From assembly GCA_022605425.2 (NCBI GenBank), contig CM061252.1, positions 434,001-498,000 on the forward strand: a stretch of 64,000 nucleotides of DNA, read 5' to 3'. The translations under genes and the position numbers were made by a program. Within the stretch, counting starts at the first letter, position 1; the number at the start of each line of letters is the position of its first letter. The stretch is from Hamiltosporidium tvaerminnensis FI-OER-3-3. Its lineage: Eukaryota; Fungi; Microsporidia. The notes below the pieces were generated by a model, which was given only the letters and a program-made list of their open reading frames with translations, made no database searches and was not told the origin of the DNA. Below are positions 24,854 to 37,716 of the stretch, piece after piece.

Positions 24854-25286
24854 TACGTGATTTTTTTTAAATTTTTATTTTAAGCAAATTTAATTCCTTT
24901 AAAAATTAATTTTAATTTTCTTCATAAATATAATATTTTATTCCGCCTAATCATATTTTCTTTATTCTGAGAATTATGTTTTAATAATAAAATGGGTTTA
25001 AGTTTCAAGGTAACCCAAAAATAACTTTAAAAAAATTAAATTATAACAGAAAATGAAACCAGAGGATTATGATTTAAAAACCACATCGTTATTTTATCTA
25101 TGTCATTTTATTACAAAAATTATATTAAATGCATTGTTATATGTACTCGAATATTTCAACAAAAAAGAACTTAATTAAATATTCTAATCTTCTTGTACCT
25201 TTCGGTATCGAGGATTGACAAATAAAAGTCTTCTAATTTTTTCTTTAAATCTGTTGTAACTGGAGATTATAGGGGGTTTGAGCTAT

Positions 25287-25390
25287 AGATACGGTGTGGT
25301 TTATATCCCATAAAAATGTCTAAAAATATTTTTACACCAATTACAATCGCTCATTGCCAAGCGATGGGTTTTTAATATTGTTTTCTCCTC
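25287..25390 (-). mobile_element. Fragment (F) matching the 5' ~105 nt of the ~740-bp element
   Basis: GTGTGGTTTATATCCCA...ACACCA...CTCATTGCCAAGC...CTCCTC aligns to 19835-19937 of copy A. Confidence 0.65.
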
Positions 25391-28300
25391 TGAATTTACA
25401 AAAAAAACTACATTTTATAATTTTAAAATTCTTGTTTTCCTCTATATTCTACTAGACGTTAAGCTCGTAGAAACGAATTTTCTTTTACATTCATAACCAA
25501 AATTTGCCGAGAACAATCTTAATTTCATTTTCTGAGCTATAGTCTCTTAAAGTTTTCAATTAGAATTTCTTCGTCTCACTTGGTCTCTTTCTCTAACTAT
25601 TTTTAGTCTTTCATTTGCAAATTATTACCCGCTTTGAGAAATTTACCAATAAATACTTAGGATTTATTAATCTGCCTATTTATTTTCTTCTTTTATAGTT
25701 ACTTTCGATTTTGCAAAACTCCAGCTCTGCGTTTTATGTTTAGTACTTTCACTTTCCTCCTATTTTGATTCATTTCTGTGCTTCTCTTGAAAAAACCGTG
25801 CTTTTTATCAATATCGCATTGTTTATTCATTGTATAAATTCTTGGTCATTTTAACTAAAAATTTCTTAATTTGATCAATTATATGAGTCCACGAAGCTAG
25901 TTAAGAAAATTATTTTTTGCAATTATTATTGAGAATATAAATATATTGCACAAGAGACCGGTAAAATGGCATCAATCTTATCATAGAAATTTACATGTAA
26001 ATGTAAATTCTTAGAAGCAAAATCTTATCAAATTAATTTAAACTTTTTTTTAAACGGAATACTTTGGAAAAAGTAAAAAAACAAATTTAACATGTTATTC
26101 TTAATAAATAATACTTTAGAAGAAATTTTCGATTTTATTTCAAATATTTTTTTCTGAACAAATAGAATTTTTTTAATCGTTTTGTGTTCAGTTACTCGCT
26201 ATTATTATTGGTTGGGTAAGATTTATGAAGAAATAGAAAGAGACATATCTTGTCTGTGGCCTTAATATTGGTTTCTTATAGTCTTTTAACCAATTAAATA
26301 TTTCGAGGTGAGTCGGGGTTGGGATCGTTGGGATATTACTGAATTATATAAATGATGATAATTTCTCAATAAAAAGTTAAAGTAAATATAAAAATACATT
26401 AAGAATCATAAAAAAAGCCTGAAGTGCATCATTGATTAATTTTCGTTCTATATCACTAGCATTTTCATGTTAATCAGAACAAACTGGGTAAATAACATAT
26501 TTGTTTAATATTTGCAAATCTTTACACTTTTAAAGGACCCATTAGAATATATTATCAATGAATATTATATTCTTCTATGCCAGGTATGTCAAATATTAGA
26601 AAAATATAAAAGTATTACATAATGGGTACGAATCGTTCATCTTCATGATGCATATTTACAAAACCAGTAAAGTTAATAATTTAAATAAGAATCTAGACTA
26701 AGCTTTAGAGCAAATGTTTGGAATCTCAAGGTATTTATAATATGTATACCTAAGAATCTGTAACCTACAAAATAAATTTTTTAATGGTTTTGGTTTTCTT
26801 TGTCTAAAGAATTAGATTTATTTACTAAGCGGCTGCGTTTGAATGAATAATCTCATTGATTGATTTACAAATTTTTTTAAAAAATCTATTTATTTAGTAT
26901 ATTTATAGAATTTTGGGCCTGATATATCACAAAAGTAGAAATATATTAAAAAATATTGAAGTTTATGGGGTCATTCGACAGGCACTGACTTTGTTATCGG
27001 GGCTATGGTAATCACGGGTGACTGAATGGCGGAGCCAAGATCATTGGAAACCGATTATCTATGTTTATTTTTACTTCTATTGATTTTTTATGTTATCGTT
27101 ATGAAAATGATTCGAAAAAATTTATCAATCTAACACACATAAAAAAAGTTTTATTTCTATGCCTATATAACATGTTAGGTTGAGAAAGTATGCACATTTT
27201 GCTTTGCAAAGTTATGTATTGAACAACTTCAACCAAAATAAAGGTACGCCAGTACTTCTTTCAATTTATGACACAATTTTTAGGTATGGTTTTTTGTCTT
27301 TAATTACTTAGGTTTTTCACATTTTCTGTTACATTTAAAAAATAATTGAATGAATCTAGCTCATTAGGTATTATCTTGTATCGATGACGCAAATTCGCCT
27401 AGTATTGTACGTGAAGAAATTCAATTCTTGATTTCAATAAATTTTTATTTTAAGAAATACGCACTATTTTTACTTGAAAATCGAGAATTTCTATATTTTA
27501 TGAGTAGCCTGTTTGACATCAATTGTGTTTCAAACCAAGTATTAAATAACAGCTTTATGGCTAAAATTTTACTTTTTTACGCACCTTTGGACAATATTCT
27601 ATCATTTGGTTTGGTATATCAGCCGAAGCCTTTCTTAAATTATTATCTAATAACTACTTTTGGCTCACAACAGGCCTACCATTTCCTATTTATAATCGTC
27701 GATTCTGTTAAATGATTAATAAAATCATAAGCACATGTTCACTATCTTCTATTTCAAGATTTTGTACCTTCCTCGTTCTCTCCATCTATGACCTTTCACT
27801 AATTAAAATTTTAATTTAAAACTTCTATTGGATTTCTTCGACAACCATTATACTGTGTATCTACTGAATATATATGCTTGGGAATTAATTAATCAGATAC
27901 TCAACACTTGAGTGCAACATTTTTGCAAAAACGGGTGGGTTTTTCACGATATTTTCTCTAAAAAAGACAGGAAAAGTTCGGAATTTTTTATTTTAGTACA
28001 TGACTTGTATTTTTTTCTTCTTTCGGAAATATACGATAAGATTAGGTAAAACCGCCTTCGCCACATAATTTACATAATTTTATTCCAAATCGGTGATTTT
28101 TTTTTCTCGGATATTGATGAGATTATATATTTTTCAAAAAGAAACTTTATTTATCAACAAATATATTTTCTCTGCCTTATTATATTTTTTAACTCAATTT
28201 TTTTATCTATAGTTTTAATTATCTAATAAAATCTATTCTCAGATCATTTCTCCCGTTGTTGTAAAATAAACGCGATTCAAAAGTTTTCAAAACTGTTTCT

Positions 28301-31300
28301 TGACATTGCATTACTTAGAATATCTAACTATGACCTTTATAGGTGTTTTAAAGTAGATGAATTGAAGTTATCGCATTTGTACTATGCATATGATAAATCG
28401 GAAACACATTTTATTTGACAAAGAATACTTTCGGATAATTGATCCTGCGATTCGAATAGTTTCAGATTTTATTCGTAAAGCATATACCTTCACTAAAAAC
28501 CACAATGAGTTCAAATACTTATTGATAGTGCAGAGAGAATAAAAACTTCGCTTTCGGTATAACTAAAAACTCAGTGGCCAAATAAAATTTTCAATTTCAG
28601 AAAAACCCAAGTAATGTTTACTTACTTATCCTTATGTGCCAGTTTGTTTTCGAGTCTGAATTTTTTCGCTTTCAGACCCATCTTAAATGTCGGCTAAAGT
28701 TGACTTCTATGCGGTCAGATTTCTATTATTTGTGCTATCTGAAAAAGTTAGTTCATTATCTGGCAATATTTGGCGCCAGTTAAAATATGATGCTGGAAAA
28801 AAATCTTGAGTCCAACCATTTAAGCATGCAATTTGTCTGTCGCCAATTTAATCATAGAGCTCACTAATAAATCAAATTTAAATCTTTAATTGCAAAAATT
28901 AATGTATCAAGTAAAAGTAAAATGGATATTTTTAAGGATGGTATTTACCAACAATTGCGGAGAATAGCTTTTGCATGGCTTTTTGATTTACTTTCTATGT
29001 TTATAGCAAATAAGTCTTATTAATGAATTGAAATATAGTCAGAAATACTACACCGGTTTCGACCAAAAGTGGTATGTCCTGGAAATAAAGAAACCATTCA
29101 TCAAACAAAATATCTTGCCAAAAATTACTTCTATTTTTAGTACTTTACGTATAAATCTGTATTAATCGGAGTTAGAAACCTATCTGCTAAACCTTTTAAT
29201 ATATTTTTACAGAAAGGGCTATTTTTGACGATGAAAATTTTTAAATTTTTCAGGTGCTAATTTACTTATAAATGAGTTTGCTAGATCCTTATTGTAATAA
29301 AAACACCTAGGCTGTTATAATTGTTCGACCCAATGAGCCAAAATACATAAATAACAATGAAATAACTAAATACTGGAATAATAATTTGAAAATAAAATTA
29401 CGGAAATTCTCAGCTTCATTGAAGTTCCTGGTGATCTCTACAAATTAAATGGGTTAACAACAAAAACTTACTGTCTAGTTTGAATAATGGTTCATCACGA
29501 CAGCCAATCCTCATTAAGAAATTCTTTTAGCAAAAAGTACAAGCCATATTAAATAAGCGAGACATTTAATGTATTCAGAAACAGCTATTCGTTTGAACCG
29601 GTAAAGCTTAAAAATTCTTTATAGTCTGAAATTTACAAAAAGATTAAAACTTTGTTCTTTCAATATATTAAAAGAAAAAAGAAAACCAGTATGAAAACCA
29701 AGTCGCACTTATAAATCAAAAACAAATTAAATATATAGAAACATGTATTAAAAATGCCTGTCCATCCGATACTAGACTTTCAATACGAACCGATTGATTT
29801 ATTCATGTTATAATTGGCTATATGAACGTGTCTGAAATAGATGGCAAACGTGGTAATTTAGGATCTAAGAATGTATTTTTTAATCCAGTTTTAATCCGAT
29901 TATGGTCTATATAACTAAAAAGGAATAAATACTATTTGCAAATCGCCTATTTTCAAGGAAAATTTAAATAAGTATTAATCATGTGCTAAGAAAACAACCG
30001 ATTGAAACCAATATAAATTCGCTTTTTCTTACCGAATTACTTCATGATTTATCCAAAAATAAAACTTCGGTTAATCTATAAGCCTAACTACAATGAATAT
30101 AATAAAAACAAAACTAAAATCTATATTCAAAATTATATAATTCAAGATTAAAATAAACTATATTAACAATTAATTGGAATCACCAATGATGGAAAATTGT
30201 ATATTCAGTGGTAGATCTTTTTTTTGGTGATACGAAATTGTACTCCAATTTGAATGCTGAAGAAATGTGTCGAAATTGGAGAGATTTTAGAAAGCCATGC
30301 GTGCATTTATTACCTTGGAATGATCTGAAAAAAACATGCTTTTTTGGGTATTATAAAAAAATGTTACAACCCTGCATCTTCTTCTCTTAATTAAATATCT
30401 TTCAGATCTATAAAATCGAGCGAAACAAAAACTATTGAATAAGTTCTTGAGAATATGTTTGTTGAAATAAGATTCATATCCGAATAAAAGCATATACCTG
30501 CGTTTAAAAAAAAATAGCCAATATTTTTAAGGAAATCTTTCGAGATAACATATTTTTTAATTATACATATACCGCAGAATTCGTTTTAAAGCGAAAAAAC
30601 AAAACTTATGACAGTTAGTATCGATATATAAAAATTTGAACATATTTTTAATTAAGGCATCAATATCTCGTTCTAAGATTAACTTGAATACGATCATTAC
30701 AAGATATCCAAATATCAAGATTTGTGTGTCTGGGTAAAAATATATAGAGAAGCATAGATCATTTTCAATTAAGGAAAATATAGAGGTATTTCTTTAAGCT
30801 AAGAAGAAGATTGTGCGAATTAAAATATACATAAGAGTGGGATTGCCTTAAAAACGTCATTTATGTGCTTAAAGTTTAAAAAAAACCTTCCATAGGCTCG
30901 CTACACATACATACTGATGGGATTAATTTTATAGGCAAAGCTGAAATAAAAAATAGGCTTTGGATTGTATATAAGAAGAAACAGGAATGAGCGCTGACCC
31001 AAAGAATAGCTCAAAATCCAATGTAAAGAACTGGTAGGTATATATAAGAAGAACCCAAGACAAAATAATTTAAATAGTATTTTTTGAAAAAATAAATAAA
31101 TATTTAGAATAAATATGTAAATAAGCGTTTGTAGCATTAATCATCGAAAAACACATCCCAAAGCCATTGCTTATTCCAAAACCCAACTAAATTTTTTTTA
31201 AACAAATCAATTTTTTCTCAGGTAGACTTTATTTCAATGATAATGAGTGAGATATGTGTTCAGATTTTTTTTGTTTATATTCATCTTTGAAGAAAAAAAA

Positions 31301-31449
31301 ATGTATTAAATTTTTAACAGGTAAAATTTTTTGTCAAAATGAAATGATTGTTAAAATATTTAAATAAGATTTAAAATACTTTAAAATCCCGAATAATTTA
31401 CCTTCTAACGCAAATCGCAACGGAAAAGATGCGTATTAAAACGAGAAAA

Positions 31450-32600
31450 CATTATATACATCGAAAATAGTTGTGTATATACGACTATTCTGACAACATC
31501 ATAAAATAAGTAAAAGTGAATGATAATGAAATGGCACAAGCCAATGTTTTTGCTCGTTACATCTTTCTGGTAATAATAGCATAAAAGCAATGAACTAGAA
31601 ATTTAAACAAATACTGCGGGTTTAAAGGAGAACGAACAGAACTATTGTTACAAAGGGCTAAAATTACCAGCCTTTAGCATGAACTGATGCAATTCAGACG
31701 ATAACTGCGAATTATTTGTGCGAAATAACTTAAAAATATCATCTTGTATGCGAATTTTTCACATCACAGGAACGGCTTTGAATAAATCTCACTCATTCTG
31801 AATTTCTGAACTATGTTTTTATTTGAGGTACAATACCAAATAATGTCGGCACCGGTGTGGCAAATACGCTTGAAATTTTATTTTTCCCGAAGATGACACA
31901 TTATCCTTTAAAATATATAGGGAATGGGTTTTTAAATAGACTGAAGCACCAAATATGTGTCGAATTTAACATTTATTTTCTTACGGAAGAACAGGCACAT
32001 ATGGAATCAAAAGAAGTTGAGAAATGCAATCAGAAAATTGTATGCAAGGTTGTTTTATTTGAAAATATTTCGCTGAAAAAGATGGATTTATTTATAATTG
32101 GAAATTGTGCATAGCTAGAATAAAAATGTGAAGCAGAGAAATCAGAAAATCACCGATAGGGCTATTTTAAGGTTCTTTAGAAAAAATTCTGTAAAAATCG
32201 AAGAAAATTCTTCGAGCTTTGAATAAAAAAAATATCCGAAAAATACAAACCCTCCAATCAAATTGCCATTTTATGGTAAAAAAGTCGATATTGTGCATGT
32301 AGATTCGAATAAATTTGGTATAAAAACTACAGTATCGCTTAAATAACAGGAAAACAAGGGGCTCTCATCAAGAATATGTGGGTGTAGACTTCGTTCATTT
32401 AAAGTTCAAGCTCGGTGATGTGGTTTATCTAAGATATCTTTTGACAGTAATCAAAAGACAAAAAAAGTAAAAATGTTGGCTTTTATTGAAATGCATTGGA
32501 AGTTTGTTGCTCCAGTGACTATAAACGCTTCTTAATTAAATGCGATGGCATCCAAAAAATTATTTCCAAAAATTATATTAAGAAGCATAAGCAGATGAAT
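31450..32600 (+). pseudogene. Possible highly degraded rve integrase relic
   Basis: Scattered translations resemble SDNG.EF (SDDNCELF), HPQ.NG, YNT...EILF and FKLGDVVYL in the expected order. There are many stops and frameshifts. Confidence 0.3.
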
Positions 32601-33339
32601 TATCTCATTTTGACAATAAAATAAATGGTTAAAAGCTTGTTTCCCAAAATACAAGTTAATATCTTTAGAAGTATATTTTTCGAATTTATTTCTATTCTAA
32701 TTCTTCTTAGTTATATTTTTTTAAATTAAAACAATTAGAATAATATTAAACGAAGAAAAAATGTCTTAAGAAAAGAATTCATTTAGATAATTGAATTTAA
32801 TGTTATAAAATCGGTATAATATATTGTTCTTAGGGCTTTTGTGAAAGAAAATTTGTGGTTGTGAATTGAAAATGATTGTTGAATGAGTTCGACGTTTATT
32901 AATTATCATATTTAGTTTATTTGTATAAATATACTTTTATTTTTATCAATTCGATATAAATAGTTTTAAAATCCAAAATCGTGCTTTTTTCCTAACCTGT
33001 GAAAAATTCAATTTATTTAAAAGGCACATCTATTGATATGAAGTGTAAAGCTTTTTTCAATTCTTTATATGTTTTTTATTCTTCCTAAAAAGTTTACTAA
33101 ATTAATCAATTCGGCTTTTTAAAAATTTTTCATTTTTGCATTAATTGAATATTTTAAATATCATTTTTATATAATCAATAGTCATTTTTCATATAAATAA
33201 ATTGAAAATCATCTTTTCTGACTTGTTTGTTTCGAAACAATTATTTGATAAAATAATATTTTTTTTATAATTTATTCTAATTTTCTATTTATTAAGGTAA
33301 TTATATCAAAATTTAAAATCGATATATCAATAGGGCCTG

Positions 33340-35270
33340 AAAAAATCATGAGCAAGAAGATTGATAGAGGAATTTTGAAAGGAAATGGTCTGTCACCATT
33401 GTTGTTTGTATTGTGTATGGATCCATTTAGCCGAAAGCTTAATGAGAAATACACAAAAGTGACAGTACAAACAGATGCAGAATCCCATTCTACTAATCAT
33501 CTCTTGTTTATTGATGATCTTAAGCTCCTTGCCGAAGATGGGCAAACATTGGAAGAAATGACGGAGGAGGTTAAAAAGTTTATGAATAATATAGTATTGA
33601 AAATTAACAATGAGAAGTCAGCCACTAATGATCCATGTTGTGAAGATACTGCTACTCTTCTTGAAGGAATAAGTGTTTATAAATACCTTGGAATTATAGA
33701 AGATAGCAGAGGAATTCCAACAAGTAAGTCGTTTGAGGAAGTACAGACTAAACTTATAGCACGAGTAGAAAGACTTTGTCGCACGAGAATAAATGCAAGA
33801 AATTTATTTCAAGCCTTTAATCAACATGCAATTTCTTTACTAAACTATCATATAGTGTGTACTCCGACTAGAACCGGCTGAGTTCTCTAAGTTAGATGTT
33901 GCGGTGCGTGCAGTGTTAGTAAAGAACAAAATACATCTACGCCCAGGATGCAAAGAACGTCTATACCTTTCACGTAAAGAACTTGGAAGAGGTTTACATA
34001 GTGTCGAGTTTAAAAGCGAATATATGCTTTTGCAACTCTTGGATTGTCTGGAAAAACATAAAGATACATCGACCAGAAGAGCAGCAATCCCAAAGGTTGT
34101 GAATAATAATAAAACCCACCTTTCACTAATTAAAAACTTCCTAAAAATAAAATACGGGTTGGAAGAAGAAGTCACAATAAAGAAATTGGAAGAAGCTCAA
34201 CATGCTAACCTATATAACGAAATCAAAAACCGAAAACTACATTCAAAGTTATATAGCGCTAGAAATAACGAGCCGGTAAGTGTAAATGACTCCTCAAGAT
34301 GGTTAAAGAAAGGAAGTGTAAGACCACGTGATGAAGTATTGTTCTGTTATATCCAGGATAGAAATGTATTGTGGGGTGCAGAAGGTATGTCAACACTGCA
34401 ACCGGTCTAGGAAAACAGTAGATCACTTAGCAACGAGATGTGAAAAATGCTTGGTCATGACTATACTAGACGACATAATGAAGTGGTACGATGTATACAT
34501 TTACTCTTGCTGAATAAATATAAGTTTAAGTCTTCGAAACGAATTAGAAGCCACTCAGTTCAAGAAATTTTTGATAACGAGTATGCAGAGATAAGAGGGG
34601 ACACAAGAATAAAAACTGATGTCAAGATTCGGTGTAACAGATCAGATATATTTATTTTAGACAAGCGGCAGAATAGGATAACCCACATCGTTGTATGAAT
34701 AAGATCACAAGACTCTTTTCAAATAGTTGAAACAGAGAAGCTTAGGAAGTATGACCTATTAGCAAATGAGTCCGGTCTTATTTATAAATGCAATGTAAAG
34801 ATAATTCCTTATGTGATGACCTGGGACGGTATTGTGACAAAATACCATAAGACGTATGTTAAGAGACTGCAAATACCCATGAATGTAGAGGCATATATAT
34901 AATACATAGTACTCAAGAAGACAGTCGAAACAATTTCCTTTGATCGACGAAGAAGACTTGAGTCAGGACTAAATGCCGAATTGAGCTGGGAGAGAGTGTC
35001 CTTAAGTGTTATTTTAGGAGCTGAGATGAACGAGGAACCAATACCCCCTTTAAAAGAAGCGAAAAGAGAGGAAGATGGTGTTAAAATTTTAAAACCAAAA
35101 AATAAAGCACCCCTTATTTCACAAGGAGGAACCACTTCAGATGAACCGACCAATAACATAAATGAAGAGTCGGATTTGGAAAAAGAGACAAAAGTGGTTA
35201 AAGAGGTAGAAGAAAACATGTAAAAAACGGTAAAAATATTCTAACCCAGAATTTTTTTAAATAAAATTTA
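33340..35270 (+). mobile_element. 5'-truncated, frameshifted R4/Dong-like non-LTR retrotransposon (RT, CCHC, restriction-like endonuclease)
   Basis: RT motifs RGILKGNGLSPLLFVLCMDP, HLLFIDDLKL and YKYLG. Also ERLYLSRKELGRGL, a zinc knuckle CQHC...DHLATRC, RRHNEV, RSDIFILD (the PD motif altered) and ETEKLRKY. Ends at TTTTTTAAATAAA near 35253-35265. Confidence 0.92.
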
Positions 35271-36924
35271 AAAATTGTGACTTGCCTAATTTTGATTCGA
35301 AATTTTCTTTGTGTGTAGACAATCGAAACGAGAATTTATAATTTTAGCAAATAGAGTAATACCTCGAGATGCTAATTTAAATGTAATATTTAATTCTAAA
35401 AATGGTTTCGGATTACATATTTGTCATAAGTATTTGTCTAAGCATATAGATTCGCTTTACTAAAATACTTTCTCTGCAATAGTATAAAATTACCGATTCG
35501 ATATATTTTAATAGGAACGCAAAGTAAAACTCCTTGCGTTAATTTAAATTTAGAAAGCACAACTCTCTGATTCTTTTGTAATTATTTCAGAAACCAGCGT
35601 ATAATATCTTTATAAGATACAAATCGTAAATGCACAAATTTCATTCAAAAACTCTCTCCTCTCACTTTCTGCCCCCTAATATTGTTTACCATTAGCCCCT
35701 GGTAAAATACACCAGAGACTTTATGAATCCTCTTATTAAGATGATGGTAATTCGAAAAAAATGTATACTTATGCCTTTTTAGCGGGAAGAGTATTTTGGG
35801 AAATTTTAAGGTAAATTAATAAGAAACTTATGAAATAAAATGTTAAATGTAAAAATATAAAAAATATAAATCTATAGAAACAAGATCTAAAATGAAAAAA
35901 AAATAGATTGCAATTTAAATTTCTTCATTCCAAAACCATTTTATCATTTCTTTTGAATACGCTTCGTATTACAATTTTTCGCATGTTTTTAACTTTAACA
36001 TAAACTATTATGCAATATATCTAAAATAAAACTTTCACTAACCAGAAAGAGTTAACAGGGTTATGAAAGTTGTAAGATCTCTTTCAAAATAATTTTTATC
36101 TAAAATTTCTAATTTTATGAGCAAAAATTTCATATTTTATATTTACGTTATATTGTTTTTTAAAAAAAACTCTTACACTTAGAACATAAAGTTTACAAAT
36201 AGTTACAACTGTGTCTGTCTCAATTGCATTTTTTTGTACGATACATTTTCTTTGTCTTTCAAGACAACCACTCTCATGTTCTGCTCCAATGATCATTTTA
36301 TTATCTCTTTCTACAAAACTAAAAATCGTTTTTAACACAGTTTCTTAGGATTTTTATAGAATATTTGGTCATTGATTAAATCCAAACGATTAATTAGTCT
36401 TTCTAATCTGCACTTCTGTTCTTAAATATGTTAATTTAAAAATGGTTCTAAGTAGAAATATAAAATAAATTATAAAATTCTATGATGCATTTGTGCATCA
36501 TAGTTTTTTGAAATTATTCTATATATATAATTGAACAAAAAAATGTAAATAATAAAGATTTATGGCGTTAATACATTTTTTTTTATTCTCAAACTGTTTG
36601 CATGTCCAGGCATTCAATATATGCCATTATAAAACAGATCGTTTAATAAATTTTAAGACAACAGAACGTATATAAAAATACCACTAAAAGACACAGACCA
36701 AAAATGGAAAATTTTTCGGTTTTATTATATTTTGTAAATGTTTATAATGTTTTTTGGAAGGCCATACGTTTTTCTAAATTATTTTTTGGTTTTACTAATC
36801 ATATAACAGATAATAATATATATTAGAAGGGGATGTTTTAAAAATACGACAACTAATATTTCACTTCTAACTCAATAGTATAAAAGAAAAGCACTGTTCG
36901 TTACTTATCTATTAACGTTCGAAA

Positions 36925-37270
36925 TCAAATTATTTAATCGAATTTTTGTGTTTATAAAATTTTTTCACAGTGTTTTATATATTTTCTTCTACCAAGTCAA
37001 CTGTGTTACTTTCTTCTTACAAATTTTACTCTTCGTTTATATTTATTGTCGGTTCTCCTCTAAAATCAAGGGTGTTTTATTTTTTATTGTTTTACAAAAT
37101 CTTCCTGATCAATTGCTTGTTTTAAAGAGGATATTTGTTCCTGATCCCTTTCGGCTGCTTGTATAAAACTTAAGGACGCTCTCTCTCAGCTCTCTTCGGC
37201 ATTTATTCCCAAACAAATTCTCTTTTTCGATCAAAATAAGTTGTTTCGACTGTTTCGTTGTATACTATCA
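36925..37270 (-). mobile_element. Short 3'-terminal fragment of the same LINE family
   Basis: Minus-strand ACAGTCGAAACAA...TTTGATCGA, AAATGCCGAA, GAGAGAG.GTCCTTAAGT and GGTAGAAGAAAA align with 34905-35265. Confidence 0.82.
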
Positions 37271-37716
37271 ACTGAGAGTATGCCACTAAGTACATGGGTG
37301 GGATCCAAAAAATTTTTAATTTAAAGGAAATTTTCAATACAATTTAAGAGAAAAATATCATAATATACTTATTTGGCCAAAATAATAGCTACTCTTCGAT
37401 TCATATTGAATTCAATATAATATAAATAAAAATATCTAAATATATTCAATGAAACAAATTTCTTTGAAATGATAGTGAATAAATTAAATTATGTTTCAAT
37501 AAATGAAAAAACAGTCGAAAAAAAATGTTTTTTTGACCCGGAATTTGTTTAAATATTAATTTTGAAAATCAATGTTTAGAAGCACTAATCGTAACAAAAA
37601 TAAAAAGAATTACATCTCAAAGATTTATTTAACATAGTAGTGCTTAATATATCTTAAAATGTTTCAAAAAAAAATTTAAACCACTGAATATTTCCTTTTA
37701 CATAAATTTTAATGTT

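Noticed and set aside
36096-36338. 80-aa ORF with a faint integrase zinc-binding-like pattern
   Set aside because: The HHCC residues are incomplete and no catalytic core follows, so it is too weak to call.
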